A stretch of DNA of 63,430 nt, the filler included. It is 13 parts of 13 records of this genome, joined end to end, with 100 filler letters (N's around TTAATTAATTAA, not from the genome) between each part and the next. Parts side by side here need not be neighbours in the genome. Positions count along the whole stretch, not along the records: positions 39,937 to 43,931 come from SRR7504441_4240; positions 44,032 to 49,489 come from SRR7504441_4245; positions 49,590 to 54,527 come from SRR7504441_4253; 10 more parts are not named here. One strand, written 5' to 3'. The notes under the pieces are model-generated. The model was not told the DNA's origin and made no database searches. It saw only the letters and a list, made by a program, of their open reading frames with translations. The position numbers and the translations under genes were made by a program. Positions 40,093 to 53,887 of the stretch are shown here, piece by piece (position 1 is the first letter of the stretch; every line of letters begins with the position of its first letter).

Positions 40093-43000
40093 ATGGATCG
40101 GCCGAAGCGTGAGCGGCCGCTCAAGCCGGAACCGGTGGCGGCGACAGCGGCCGATCCGACCTCCCGGCTGGCCAAGAAGCCGCGCCGGCCCAAGCCCAAG
40201 CCCAAGCCCAAGCCAGCGGCGATCCCAGCGGCGCTCGAGCACTGGGCCCAGTGCGACAAGTGCGAAAAGTGGCGGCGGGTGGCCGCCCCTCCCGGGACTG
40301 ACCGCTGGTTCTGCTCGGACAACCCGGACCTGCGGCACAACAGCTGCGACGACCCACAGGAGTCAGTCGAGCCTGTGGCGCCCAGTCGGTGGGTGTCGTG
40401 CGACAAATGCTCCAAGTGGCGGCGGCTACTCGGGCCCCAGCCGGCCGACCAGCTCCGGTGGTACTGCAAGGACAACCCGGACCCCGAGTACAACCGGTGC
40501 TCAGTGCCTCAGGAGCTCAGCGACGAAGCCATCGACGCCGAAATTGCAGCCAGCAGCGCCTCCCAGCCGGCCATGCCCGCCCAGAGCACCGACTCCTTGC
40601 AGGGCGGCGAGCCGCGGGGCTGGCCGGTGGCGGACATGCAGCCGGCGGAGAGCGAGCCGGAGCAGCAGCTGAGTCAGATGGAACAGCTCGAGCTCCAGAT
40701 CGCAGCAGCCGAGGCCGACCAGGGCACCGGGCTGGCGGAGGCACGCGCGCAGCTGGAGGTGGCGCAGCAGCAGCAGCAGGCAGCTGCGGCGGCGGAGCGG
40801 GAAGCACAGGAGACCCGGCGCCGGGAGCGGGAGGAAGCGGCAGTGCGGTTGGCGAGCGAGTGTGGTGCGTTCCTGGAGGAATTGTGCAGTAAGCACGAGG
40901 AACTGGTGGAGCCCTTTATGGAACCCGTCGACTGGAAAAAGTATAAGATATGGGAGTACCCTAGGATAGTCACCAACCCGATGGACCTGGGCACCATCAA
41001 GAAGCGATTGCTCAACAACAAGTACACAAGGGTCGGGGGGTTCGCAGCCGATGTGCGACTGGTCTGGTCCAATGCCAAGCTCTGGAACGGCAAGGCTTCG
41101 GTGCTACACCAGCAGGCCACCACTCTAGGCAACATGTGCGCGGCCCAGCTACAGCAGCTAGAGCTCACCCTCCACCAACTCGATGCAACTCTGGAGGAGG
41201 ACCAGGCCCAATTAGGATTCATGGCGATACAGCCGCCCGCCCCAAAGGGCAAGCCTCCCAGCTTCTGGCAGAAAGGTGCCGGGGTTGGCCGATCGGCCGG
41301 CAGCGGCGGGCAGGCGGCCGGCTGGAGCTGATGACCTGTGCTGGCCGGCGGTGCCTCGTCAGGCCAGCCAGCGGAGGTGACTACAGGCCGGGCGTGATAC
41401 TGAGTCTCAAAGGCCACCCGGAGCAGCCCGGCCGAGTCAAGTCGATCGAGGTCTCTCCTCTTCCCCCTGGGAGCGAGGTGGTCAAGCTGGGGCAGGTGAA
41501 ACTGACGGAGAGTGGCCGGATGGAGAGTGTGCAGCTGGCAGAAAGGGACATCAGAGTGGCTGGCCGGATCTGCTGGTCCAAAGTAAAGGGGCACCCTTCC
41601 TGGCCAGCCCAGGCATACGAGCTGGTCGGACAAGACCTGTCCAAGAAAGGCGAGAAGGCCAAGGGCCAGACCCGCTGGCCTTGCTTCTTCTTCAGGGTGG
41701 AGACCGAGTGCTGGGGGGTGGTGAACGAGGGTGCACTCACCGAGTTCAAAGGGGCTGCCATTGGCAAGATCAAGGGCAAGGCCGTTCGGGCCGCGGCCGA
41801 GGACGCTCAGGTTGCTCTCGAGCAGGAGGAGAAGCGGCGGCGACTGACAGTGCTCGGGGAGCGGATGGTCGGGCGGAGCGTGAGGGTGGTTTGGAACTCG
41901 GCGCTGGGCGAGAGCTACTTGGCTTTCGTGAAGCGGTGGGACCAGGCAAGCAACATGCACCTGATGGTTTACTACGAGGACGACGAGACTGCGTGGGAGG
42001 ATCTTGCGCTGCAGGAGTGGGCAGTGCTGCCCAAGGATTACAAATATGACTTCAAAGGCCGGTTCTCGAGCAAGTGCCTGGTCTGTCGCCGGCCAGTCGG
42101 GCCGGACGCGCTCCAGTGTGTCGCCTGCCGGGGCTCGTACCACCCCAGCTGCTTCTCTGGCGGCAACCAGCAGGATAGGGAGAACTGGGTGTGTCGGCAG
42201 TGCAAACCGTGCGAGGTGCGGCCGTCCAAGCTCGTGGTGTGATCAGTGAGTGGCAGGTGTGCGGGCTTGCGGTTCGGCCCGAAGACATGCTCTGCTGCCA
42301 GGTGGCGGGGCTGGCTGGGCTGGCTGAGGTCTGGCTGGCAGAGTTGCGACTCCCGTGTGCACAAGAGCTGCATGCTGCCGGTGCCAGATAGCAACCCAGA
42401 TCCCGAGGCCAAAGTGGCATGGAGCAGCTGGATCGACGAGCAGGCTCCCCACTGGAAATGTGACAGGTGCGCCAAGTGTGAGCAGTGCGGCTCAACGTGC
42501 GCCGCGCCCGGGCAGCCAATGGGCGGGCGCTGGGCGCGGCAATTTTCTCTCTGTGAGCCGTGCAACGAGACGTTTGACGCCAAGCGGTTCTGCCCGGTTT
42601 GCAAGCTCACCTGGGGGGTGGACGAGGACCCGGATGACCCAGCACTGGCCCAGATGGTGTTCTGCGACGGGTGCGAGCTCTGGATCCACATCCGGTGCCA
42701 GGGGATCACGGAGGAGGAATACAAGGCAATGGGCGAGAAGCTGGACGACAAGTACTTCTGCAAACAGTGCGTGGCCCGCAAGTTTGTGGAGAGAGCCAAG
42801 AGCGTGATCAGCCCACTGTTCAAGATGGACGTGCACTCAACATGCAGGTACCCCGTGCCAAAGACGGTCGAGCACTACCACGCAGTGATAGACCAGCCAA
42901 TGGATCTATCAAGTATCATTGAGAAGCTCGAGAAGCACCAATACCTCGGGGAAGAGCACGAGCGACTCGAGCAAATCCGGGCAGACATTAACCTGGCAGT

Positions 43001-43931
43001 TCGGAACGCCCTCACCGTCAACATGCCAAACTCGCGAGAGTACAACCTGGCCTTCAGGATAGGTGACCCAGGGCATCCCGCCCTGCTGAGCCGGTCTGCA
43101 GGCCACAAGGCCAACAAACTCATCAAAGAGTTCTGGCCAGCCAGCGTGGCGCTACTTGAGCTACCAAAGCCAATTGTGACTGAGCGACCCAAACCTGCCA
43201 AGGTACCAGTTCCAGACGATGAGCCAGTTGGTCGAGTCTCTGACCTGCAGAATCGGACACACAAGCCCATAGTGTCCACCTGTCTGATGCTGGCGGAGGC
43301 CGAGGTTTGCAGGATCTGTGGCGCAGTGGACTCTGCAAGCTCTCTGCTGTTTTGCGCCGGGTGTGGCGAGGGCTTCCACTACTTTTGCTGCGATGCTCCC
43401 AAGGAGCTGTGCGAGCAGCAGGTGGCTTGGCACTGCATGGGGTGTAAGCGCTGTGCAATCTGCCACGAGCGCAGATTTGATGATGGCCTACTCATATGTG
43501 AGCTCTGCCAAGAAGGCTGCCATCCAGAGTGTCTATCACCAGAGCAGAGAGCGTGCCTCGAGTTAACTAACACATGCAGCCGCTGCCTGCCAGCTGACCA
43601 GAAAGCAATAGTGTGCCGGAGGCTGCACAAGGGTGCAGCCCAGCAGTTGGAGAGCTCCAACAAGCAGCCCAAGCCCAAAAGGCAAAAGAAGGAAAAGCCA
43701 CGCAGCCAGCCAACTTGTTCTCTAGATGCGGAGGAAGTGTTGGGGAACCGGAGCCACAGCAGATCCAACAGAAGGATCACTGTGCCTCCGCGGTTCCAGC
43801 AGCCCGCTGGTGCAAATGGGGACATCAGCCTCGATGAGCAGCCACATTTTGTGAAGGTTAGGCCGCCTGTGGTGCAGGCAGGCCAGCACAGCCAGCTTGG
43901 TGCCTCTTGGCCAGCCCCACAGCAACCAACA
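40093..43931 (+). CDS. Multi-domain chromatin reader (2 CW fingers, bromodomain, PWWP, Tudor-like, PHD fingers, second bromo-like domain), 3' truncated
   Basis: WAQCDKCEKWRR and WVSCDKCSKWRR; PFMEPVDW...IVTNPMDLGTIKKRL; WSKVKGHPSWPA; MVFCDGCELWIHIRC; VIDQPMDLSSI; CRICG...LLFCAGCGEGFHYFC. Confidence 0.85.
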
Positions 43932-44031
43932 NNNNNNNNNNNNNNNNNNNNNNNNNNNNNNNNNNNNNNNNNNNNTTAATTAATTAANNNNNNNNNNNNN
44001 NNNNNNNNNNNNNNNNNNNNNNNNNNNNNNN

Positions 44032-47000
44032 AATACCGCCACGTTCAGAAGAAGCTTGCAGGAGGGGCAGAAAGCACACTCCACCAGAGCTGCGGACCAG
44101 GGAGCACAGGCGGAGAGTCGACTACGTGGGCTGGACCAACATGTACCAGGGCTTCACCAATGAGTTCAACAACCAGCACCCTGCCATGAGGGGGGAGGTG
44201 GGCTGGGACAATACCAGCTGGAGCAGAAGCAGAAGGAACTGACCCTGGCACGGGCGTTTTGAGCCACTCATCATCACAACAACAACAACAGCCCATGCCA
44301 GGGACCCCAGGGACTGGGAGCTGCTGCTGACTGGACAAAGAGGAGCGCTGGCGACTCAGCGGCGCACCGGAGGGACGCGGCTGTCACCAGCGGCCCAGCG
44401 GCTGTACTCGCGCGGGCAGCAGCTGCAGGCTCATCAGCCGGTGGAGCCGCCCGCGCTGGAACAAGCCAGCCCGCCACCGCCCCCGGCCGCAATCGAGGCG
44501 CCGGATGCGGCCAGGGCCCGGCTGGAGGCGCGTGTGCGGCTGTTGGAGGGCCAAGTGGCCCGGCTCAAGCGGTCCGGCCACCACGAGGACCTGGAGGCCG
44601 AGTGGGAGCGCCGGCTGGACGGGCTGCGCTCCGAGACTGCCCAGGTGCTCGACGAGCAGCTCGAGCGGATGATGCAGGCCGAGCCGGCCCGGACCGCCGC
44701 GCTGGAGGCCGAGCTCGAGCAGGCCCAGACGGAGCTGGTCGAGGCCGAGCGGGAGGCCGAGCTCCGGAGCGGCGAGTGCGAGCGGCTGCGGGGGCAGGTG
44801 CGCCGGCTGGGGGCGGAGGTGTCCCGCCTGAGCAAGGCAAACGAGCAGCTCAAATCTGGGGCGGCGCTGGACGCGTCAATCTGGCAATCCGGGCAGCGGC
44901 AGGCCGAGGCCGACCGTGGGCTGGTCGAGCAGGCGCATAGGGCGCAGGTGGAGCGACTGGAGCAGCGGCTCCAGGCCTGCGTCGAGCAGCAGCAGGCGGG
45001 CCATGAGGCCCAGAGCCAGCTGACTGCCGAGCTAAGACAAGCCCGGGTCGCGCTTAAGAAGGAAGGTCAGCAGCTGGAGGAGTGCCGGGCACTTCTGGTA
45101 AATGAGCGGAAGCAATCAGGCGAGCTCGGTGATACGCACCAGGCAGCGGTGAGCCAGCTGCTGGAGAGCTGGGAGGCGCGGGTCGACCAGCAAGAGGCCG
45201 AGTTTGAGGCGGAGAGGTCGGAGCTCCAGGCGCGGCTGGCCAGGGCAGAGCAGCTCATGGGCAAGCAGCGAGATGAGTGTCAGTCAGCAGGCGAAGTTGC
45301 AAGGCAGGAGGTGGCGGCCAGGCAGCGGGCCGAGCTTAGTTGTGAGTCTTTGGGCGAGCGAATGGACAGACTGGAGCGAGAACTCTCGAGCAGTCAGGAG
45401 CTGCAAGAGCAAGTGGCGCTACAGCGAGACCGGCTGGCCAATCAGCTGTCGGCGACGACCACTGCGGCAGATGAGCAGAAACGACGAACAAAAGAGGCAG
45501 CCAGGCGGTGTAATGAGGAGCTGAGCCGGCTAAGGCACGATCTGGAAGGTGAGGTGCTCTCGCTAAGAGACAAGCTCGCGGCAGCGTCTGCAGCGTCGAG
45601 TGAGGAGAGGCGGCGGCACGAGGAGGCTGCCTGGCAGCATGATCATGAGTCTTTGCGTGCCCAGCAGAAGCTTCAGGAGCTGACCCGGCTGGTGGCCCAA
45701 GTAGCTGACATAAAAGAAAGCGAGCAAGGACTCCAGCAACAGCTTGACAGCGCTCGGCTTGAGCAGCGACTAGCTAGGGAGCAGCACAAGGATCAGGTCT
45801 CTCGATTGCGTGGCCAGGTGGCCGACTTGACAAATGCCAATCACGTGCTCCGGCTTGGAGCTCAAAATTTAGAGCCCAGACGTGTCGATCGTCTTGAGGC
45901 AGACAAAGAGGTACTCCAGCTGCGCCGATTGGTCTCGGATCTCGAGTTTGCTAGAGACGAAGACAGTTTGGAGAGCACAGAAGCCAAACAAAGGCTAGAG
46001 TCTCGAATAATGGTCTTGGAGACGGAGCTGGCGGAGCATAACCGTGACTTCGTGCAGTACAAGGAGGATGCCGAGGAGGCACGGCAGCAACTAGCTGACG
46101 AGGCGCACTTTTCACGTAATGAGGCAGCCGCACTGGGCAAGCAGCTCGCGACAAGCGGAGCTCAAACAGATGAAGTTTTAGTGCTGCGCACCAAGCTTGC
46201 TCTGTCAGAGAAAGCTGAAGCTGAGTTGAGGGAGGAGGCGGCAGCACTGCGCCAGGAGCTTCATCGAGAGCTGGTGCAGATGCAGCACGAAGTAGCTGAG
46301 CTGCAGGAGGTGGAGCAACAGACACACCAGAAAGCCGAGTCTGACAAGCAGCGCTTGGAGAAAGACGTCATGACGATCGTCTATGACCACCTCGAGCAAC
46401 TTCAGCTTCAAGACACGGAACAGCAGGAGGCTGCGGCACTCGTGAGGGAGCAATTTGAGAAAGCAATAACCAGTGTCAAGAGCAATTTAGCCAAACAAGA
46501 ACTGCACGAAGCGCTCGAAGAGAAACTTCATGAGACTGCATCGCTGCAGCGGCAAAAATTGGAGGAAGAGATTTCATCACTCCGTGAGCGAGTTGCCCAA
46601 ACAAAGGACCAAGTGCGAAGCGACAATCAAGCCGAGGCTATTAAAGATAAACTCGAGGCAGAAGTGGCGTTGCTCAAGGAGCGGGTCAGCGGCTTGACCG
46701 ATGCTGGTCAACAGCTTGAGGAGGAGGCAGAGCTGGCTAAAAGACATTTGGAGGAGCAAAGGGTGATTGTCCGAAAGCTCCGTGCTCAACTAGAAGAACA
46801 GCAGGCAGATCATGCTATAGAAATGGAGGAACAGCAGGCAAACATGTATGAGGCAGAAGCCTCGCTGATGAAGCAAATTGCTCAAGTGGAGGAGATTAAC
46901 GCTGGTCTGAGGCATAAGCTTGCCGAGTCGAGGGAAGACAACAACGCCGTCAGATGGAGTCACACACCCAAGCTTGCCAGCCACCCGACTAGTGATTTTG

Positions 47001-47095
47001 GAGCTAAAACATCGGGCGATATTTTCAAGGCAGCTGAGCAAACAAAGCGGGACCTCCAACAACTTCTGCATAACAAGAAACCTACTTCTCGTTAA
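44032..47095 (+). CDS. Long coiled-coil protein, 5' end uncertain or truncated
   Basis: 884-aa heptad-rich ORF 44441-47095 preceded by low-complexity coding-like sequence. Confidence 0.7.
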
Positions 47096-47364
47096 TTCAA
47101 CCGAAAGAATATTGTGTACATGTAGTCCTGAAGTCGCTACATTAGTAAATTTTACATGTAAGTGTACGTGATGAAATACTATGTAAATACGAGCTCGAGT
47201 TTACAAGAGTACATGATTGTAAGACTTAGTAACGCTTGTACTTTTGTGCTCACATTAGATACTTTAGAGACACCAAAAGTGTGGATGTGGTAATTGTGAT
47301 ATTTTACAACTATATCTGTGGCCCTGACCGGATTCTAAACGAGACCATGCGGTAAATCATGTAC

Positions 47365-49489
47365 TCAGGAGAGAACAACAACACGTTGCTCCAACAACTT
47401 GTTCTTATCGTGAAGAATTTTGATCTGTGTTCCTTGTTCTTTCACAGTGCGTTCGTGCTGGTCCATGATAATGGATAAATCTCTCAACTTGCCTACACAT
47501 AGATCCATGACCATCTGAGGGGGGTCCTCTAGTTTTTGACACTCGCTCAGCCTCCTGTTGGCATTGGTCGATGAAGACAGCGTATTGTCACCGCCAGCTA
47601 CTTCCAATACCTCACTTGCCACCTGACGGAGCATCGAGGCCATATTTTCGTTCTCCCGGCGTTCCTCCTGCAGCGATTCCAGCAAGGCCTCTTCCTTGTC
47701 GAAGTCAATTGATGGACCGGCTTTTCCATCTACTTGCTTTATTTTGGAGAGCTCCTCTTCGTACCTCTTCAGGCGACGTTCACTGGTCGAGACTTGATTC
47801 TTGAGCTGTTGCACGGTTTTTTTGAGATCGGAGTTCTCATTTTTCACCTTCACGTGATGCTGAATCTTCTGCTTATGGTTTGAATGTCCCACAAGCTTTG
47901 CATTAGTCTCTGTCAGGCTATCGTTATCGCGCTGCAGTGTAGTCAGCTGCGCTTCCATGGCGACCAGCTTGTCAGCCTGCGAGTCCACCTGCTGCAATGT
48001 TGAGTTTTGTGCGTCTCGAAGCGATGAACACTCGTCAAATAGTTTCTGTCGCTCGTCCAGAGATTCTACAAGTTGCTGCCGGAGTCCGTGCACCTCCATC
48101 AATGCTGCCCTGTCGGTAACAGTAGATCCTTCAAGTCGATGGGGGCTCATTTGAGTGCCCTGTGAATGCATATCGCCGTGGTGCCGGACTAGACTCTCCA
48201 TGTCATCATACTGCAACAGAGTGTCCGCGATGGACGAGTCGTACTGTTGAAGCTTCTCTTTCAGCCTCTGTACATTACTTGTCTGCATCGCAAGCTGCTC
48301 TGAGAGATCAGCAGCATTCTTTGTAGCGTCATTGACTTGCTCAGCAGCCCGCTTGTCAGCCTCAGAAGCCTCCTCTTTGGACACGAGAGCCTCGAGTTCC
48401 GACTTCTCTAGTGCCTTTTGCATTTCAACTAGCGATTCACGCAGCCCATTTACTTCAGCCTCTGCCTCCGCGTCGGCGGTTTTGAGCTCAGCAATTTGAT
48501 GCTCACTGACAACAAGATTCTGGCTCACGCTCTCAATTGCCGCCTGGAGCTCGGTGATGGCTGAATCACGCATGACCAGTGCTTCTTTGTGCTGCTGTGC
48601 CTCTTGATGCGCCTTGGCTGCATCACATCGAAGTTCGACGAGCTGCTGCTCCATGTCTTGCTTCAGCTGAGCAATCTCTTGAACCTTTGCAGCCTTGTCC
48701 GCCTCGTGTTCATTGGCGGCCTTTTGCCAAGCTGTGACTTGTGTAGTCAAATTGCTGCCCTTCTGTTCCAGGTTTGCAATCTGCTTGGTCATTTCTGCCA
48801 CAGTGTTCTCCTCGAAGGCTAACGATTCCCGTTGAGCAGATTCGCGCTCGCTAGCTTGGGTGATCTCGCGCCTCAGCTCCTGCAGCACACAAACATCAGT
48901 CTACTGCACGACAAAAGGCAGACCTGAATTTGATCTTCAAGACTCTGCTTGTCGCTTGCCAAGGAGATCATGCTGTCCTCCGATGCTGTGACTCTCTGGG
49001 CTAAGTCTTTGAGTTGTTCTTCCGCCTGCAACTCTGTCAGCAAGTATGCAGAGCGCTCGTAATTGCCTCCTCTTTTTCGCGAGACAGGCTCATGGAATCA
49101 AACTTGGCACCATCCAGCTCATTCTGAAGGGTCATCTTGGTTGCTTCCAGCTGCAGGATGGTCTCTTCCTGAATCGAAGCATTCTCCTGACATATTCGTG
49201 GTCAATTGCTGCAACAAGGGGTTGAAACCTCCTGCTGAGAAAGCCTGGTTTTGAGCTCTGCTTTTTCAGTGTCGTGAATTGTCTGGGTCATTTCTTGCAC
49301 CTGAAATCCGGTCAGTTGGGGGTAAAGCCTGGAGCGAGGTACCTGAGAGTGCATCGAGAGCGCTTCTGTGAGCTCAGCAACTTTAGCGTCGAGGTTGGCA
49401 ATGCTGGACTCGTGAATTGCCTGGGCATCCTTGGCAGCGGCCTCGGCGTCAGCAGCGGACTCAGTCATCTGGGCCTGCATCGACTCCAC
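47365..49489 (-). CDS. Coiled-coil protein with HMMR/KIF15 (kinesin-12) C-terminal motif, 5' truncated
   Basis: AKLVGHSNHKQKIQHHVKVKNENSDLK matches the LxGHxNxxQKIxxxxxxKxEN basic zipper. Confidence 0.75.
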
Positions 49490-49593
49490 NNNNNNNNNNN
49501 NNNNNNNNNNNNNNNNNNNNNNNNNNNNNNNNNTTAATTAATTAANNNNNNNNNNNNNNNNNNNNNNNNNNNNNNNNNNNNNNNNNNNNTAAC

Positions 49594-50718
49594 TCACATG
49601 ACACGGCCGGTTTGCTTGCCGTCCACCATGCCTTGCCACAGGTCGCAGTTGGGTCCCATGGCAGCCCGTAGCTCTTCAGTGGCAGCGTCGAGCTCTTCGA
49701 CGAGCTCCTTTGACAGTTCACGCCCCACAGCTTGCAGGTTTGAGTCGATGTATTCCGGCTTAGTGAATCCAGCAATCACAGTGTCAAATCCCTTGGCCAG
49801 CGGGTAGGCCAGCGCCAGATCGCACAGTGAGATCCCAGCTTTGGACGCGACCTGGTTGAGCGCTGCGAGGGTCTTGAATGTGAGCTCTTCGTGACCTTCT
49901 TCGCCGTGCCTCGAGCAGCTGTGCCGTGATGAAGCAAAGTGGCGGGTCCGGGCCCTGTACATGGGCACTTGTTCTGGCGTCTGGTACCGGCCGTGCAGGA
50001 TGCCCTGCATCAGCGGGCTGTATCCAATCAGCCGGATGCCCTGAGCCTTGCAGTAATCCATCACCCCGGAGGTCTCCGCCGCCCGGAATATCAGGTTGTA
50101 GCATATCTGGTTGCTGGCTATTGTGCATCCAGTGGCCTGGGCCTCCTTCAGCTGCTCCACTCCGAAGTTGCACACCCCCACCCGCTTGACTTTGCCCTTG
50201 GCCTGCAGCGCGGCCAACGCCTTGAATGTCCGTTCGACCGACGGCACCAGCGACTCGTCCACGTCCGTGCTAGCCCCGAAGGAGGCGTGACCGTTGGCGA
50301 AGTGGGCCATGGCGTTCTTGTCAATCGGCCAGTGAACCTGGTACAAATCGACCGACTCGAGCTGCAGCCGGGCCAGCGACGCGTCCAAGGCGGCCTCCAC
50401 GTCGGTGCACAGGTTGGGCACAATCTTGGTGGCCAGCACCACCTTGGCCCGCAGCTCGGGGTCCAGTGCTTTGAGCGCCACCCCCAGCTGCGTCTCGCTG
50501 GCCCCTTTGCTGTAGTCGCCCGCCGTATCGATGAATGTGATGCCGCCGCCCACCGCCTTTGCGATGTTCGAGTTGGCCATCTCCTGAGTGTACTCCAATC
50601 CCCAGTAATCGCCGTCGCCGCCCGTGCTCGCCAGCTGCCAGGTACCAAACCCGAGCGGCGAGGTGAATGCCCCCTCTTCGGACAGCTTGGCCTTCTTGGG
50701 CTCCGGTTCACCTGCCAT
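49594..50718 (-). CDS. Aldo/keto reductase, intronless
   Basis: LGFGTWQL, FIDTAGDY, VLATK, VDLYQVHWP, GKVKRVGVCNF, NQICYNL, YSPLMQGIL. Confidence 0.93.
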   Translation of the reverse strand: MAGEPEPKKAKLSEEGAFTSPLGFGTWQLASTGGDGDYWGLEYTQEMANSNIAKAVGGGITFIDTAGDYSKGASETQLGVALKALDPELRAKVVLATKIVPNLCTDVEAALDASLARLQLESVDLYQVHWPIDKNAMAHFANGHASFGASTDVDESLVPSVERTFKALAALQAKGKVKRVGVCNFGVEQLKEAQATGCTIASNQICYNLIFRAAETSGVMDYCKAQGIRLIGYSPLMQGILHGRYQTPEQVPMYRARTRHFASSRHSCSRHGEEGHEELTFKTLAALNQVASKAGISLCDLALAYPLAKGFDTVIAGFTKPEYIDSNLQAVGRELSKELVEELDAATEELRAAMGPNCDLWQGMVDGKQTGRVM

Positions 50719-51019
50719 GGCTGTGCGGGCGTTCGACCGGCCGGGCCGTTACTCGGTATTTCAACGGCTTGGATTTCGCATTCATGTCAGAGACGCACCT
50801 GAACTTGGCGGCGTCAGCAGCGCGCGTCTGAGGTCATGCCGGCCCCGTCGGCCGACTCGTTCGAAGTGAACCGCCGGGCGTTTAACAATGTGAGTGCCCC
50901 TAGCCTGCGCCGCGTCTGGTCGCGAGGCTGGCTGCGGTGGCTGTGTCTGAGCGGCGCTGCTGCCATTGCAGGCGGATCGAAGCAAGTCGTCCAGTATGCA
51001 ACCGGCCGATCGATCCAGC

Positions 51020-53887
51020 ATGTCGTTCACTGAGCGCAAACGGCGCGCCGCAGAGGCTGTGGCATTGCGCAAAATGAACGAGGGGAACGATCGGGCCGAG
51101 AGCGCCGGGCTGCCCAACCAGCTCGACAAGGACCGCAGCGGGGCCGCCTCTGGGGGGCCTAGCCCCAGCACGCCGAGCCGGTCTGCTGCGCAGTCCCCTG
51201 GGGTGGGTGCCGCTCGACACCGACGCACTGACTGCTGCTGCCCAGGTCGCGGCTGCCGCAGCAGCACCAACCCGTGGTGGCGCTGGTAGCTCGGTCACGC
51301 TGCCGAGTTCGCCCCCACCGCAGTACAGCCGAACCCAGCCGGTGGCCGACGGCAGCTCAGCTCAAATTGCCACCAAAGAAGCTGCTGCTGCTGCAGAGAA
51401 GATAGCACTGCTGGAGTCGCAGCTGGACACAGCGCAGGTGCCTGAGCGCTGCGCAAGGGGATCACGCGGGTGGGCTCAGGCATCGCTGGACGCAGCGCAG
51501 GATGAGCGCCAGCAGTACGAGGAGCGGATGACACGGCTGGAGCAGCTAGTGAGCGAGTCGAGCAAGCCAGCCGACGGAGGGGCAACTGAGCTGATGGGAC
51601 TTCAGAACGCGGTGCAGCTGGCGTCGGCACAGAATGATGCCGCGTTCAAGACTATCGCAGACATGGAGACCCGACTTGCAGTCGAGGCCATGACCAAGTC
51701 TGAGATGCTGGCGACACAGCGCGCAGAGAAGGAGACACTGGCCAAGGTGCCGAGGCTGGGATCCTCCATCACCTGCCCCGGCCCTCTGATCCCCGGGCTT
51801 CTCGTGCGGGGGATGAGAGGGCCGGGGCAGGTGATGGAGGATCTGGAGACTCAACTGGCGGACTCTCAGCGCACTCGCAGCCAGATGCTCAACGCGCACG
51901 ACCGGGACAAGGAGGTGCTGATTGGTCAGCTGCACAAGGCCGATCAACGAGCGGATGAGCTGGTCAGTGAGCTGCGCACTGTGCGTGAGGTGCGACCCAC
52001 CGGCCCCAGCCTGCCTAGCTTCTTTTTCAGGGCGCGAAACGGGATATCGATACTCTCACCAGCGCACTGCGGGAGCGAGAAATGGAGGTGCTTGCTCTCG
52101 AGAGAGGCCGGTCTCACATTACTGTCGAGAACAATGAATCAGCGCAGCAGAGGCATGCGCTCGAGCAACAGGTGTGAGCTATCGTGCTGCAAAGTGCGAG
52201 TAGATTGTTTTCTAGGTTCAGGGTCTCACAAGGGAGCTATCTGAAGTTGAGGCCCGGTTCTCCAGAACCAACGTGCAAAAGGATGAGCTAATGGAGCGGG
52301 AAAAACAGCTTGAAATGCATCTAATGGATGTCGAGCATCTTAAAAACGAGCGAGAATCGCAGATATTAAATCTACAACGTGCTCAACAGCAGGAGCTTGA
52401 GCGGTACCCCAGCCACAGAGGCCTCTGGCTGACTGGGAAGACAGGTTGCAGGCCCAACTCGGCCGGGAAGAGCGGGACTCGATCTTAGAACTGGAACGAG
52501 CGAGAGCCGATAAGGAGTTCCTCCGGAACGAGATAGCCTTCTACAAGAAGACAGTTGAGGAGCTCAGTAATAATCAACAAACGGCTTCTACGGTGGCACA
52601 ACAGGAGAAGAATGTCCTTGCAAGGGTGATTAATGATTTGGAGACTCAAATCAGCACTGGCAGTGAAGCTCCAACTGCTATTGTGTCCACTGCCGACAGT
52701 AGCATTCACCAGCTGCGGGTTCAATTGGAGGAGTCACAGCAGGCTCGAGCGAATGATGAGGCAGCTGCTCGAGAAGAAATCGAATGGCTCAATGAGCAGC
52801 TTCAGATCCTTGAAGAGGCCTACACTAAAGCAGATAACGACAAGCGAGCCACCATCGCGCGAACCCAGACTGACATGGAGGACATGAGCAAGGAGCTGGC
52901 CTTGCTGGCGTCTCAGCTTTCTGAAGAGGATAAAGTAGTCCAGGCTGCTGGGATCAGTGAATCCAAACGGGTATTAGATTTCATCATGAGTAAGTCGGCC
53001 CTATTTGGCTCCAATGCGTGACTTGTGCTCAGGTGAATTGCGGTCATTGAGAGTGGAGCTTGAGGACTCGACTGTCAATAGAAAGGAAGCCATGTCCATG
53101 GCCAAAGGCAAGCAGATGGCACTATTAGAGGCTAAGAGTGACCTTGAGTACTTGTCTACGGAGACCAAGGAGATACTCAAGCAGCTTGCGCTGGTCAGAA
53201 AAGAAAAGGAAGAGATGGCTGCTACCCAAGCAGTCAACCAGGGAGTGTTGAGCGACTACCTGCGAGATGCCGATACCAAAGTAGTGGAAATGCAACTGCA
53301 GGAAGAGTATAAGTCGCAGAACTCTAAACTTCAAGTTAAACAGCTGCAGCATCAGGTGACATCTAGTCCAGATCTGGTCTGACTTATAACGGGCTCAGCT
53401 GGATTCTGCCAACCAACAGCTGACCTTACTAAAGAGCGAACTAAGTGATGGTAGTTCTGATGCAGCACTCAAGGTTGATCGCCGGCCTTGCTGTCTCTAT
53501 AACTAAGTTGGACAGGAACTGCTCAGTTTAAAAGAGGCGGAGGTTGAGCAGCTGTGGAAAGAGCGGCTCGAAGATCGACAGAAGATGGATGAGCATTTTG
53601 AGTCGCTCAAAGAGGCAATGCTTGAGCTCCAGAATGAAAACTCCAGCTATCGGATGGATTCTCAGCACGACAAGCAGGTCACTGAGAAAATTCTCAGCGA
53701 TTTGGAGGAGAGCTTCAAGCTCGTGATGAGAGAAGGGGAGGATCGCCTAAAGCATGCGCAAAATGATTACAATGCGCGCATGCAGCTGTTGCAAGAACAA
53801 TTAACCTCCAGTCAAGCGAGAGAGGTGGAGGCCACGACTCAACTAGAGCAACTTAAGCTAGAGTTCGTGAAACTGAAAAGTAGATGA
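51020..53887 (+). CDS. Multi-exon coiled-coil protein
   Basis: Heptad-rich ORF pieces 51207-53887 joined by about 40-nt introns; start approximate. Confidence 0.6.
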
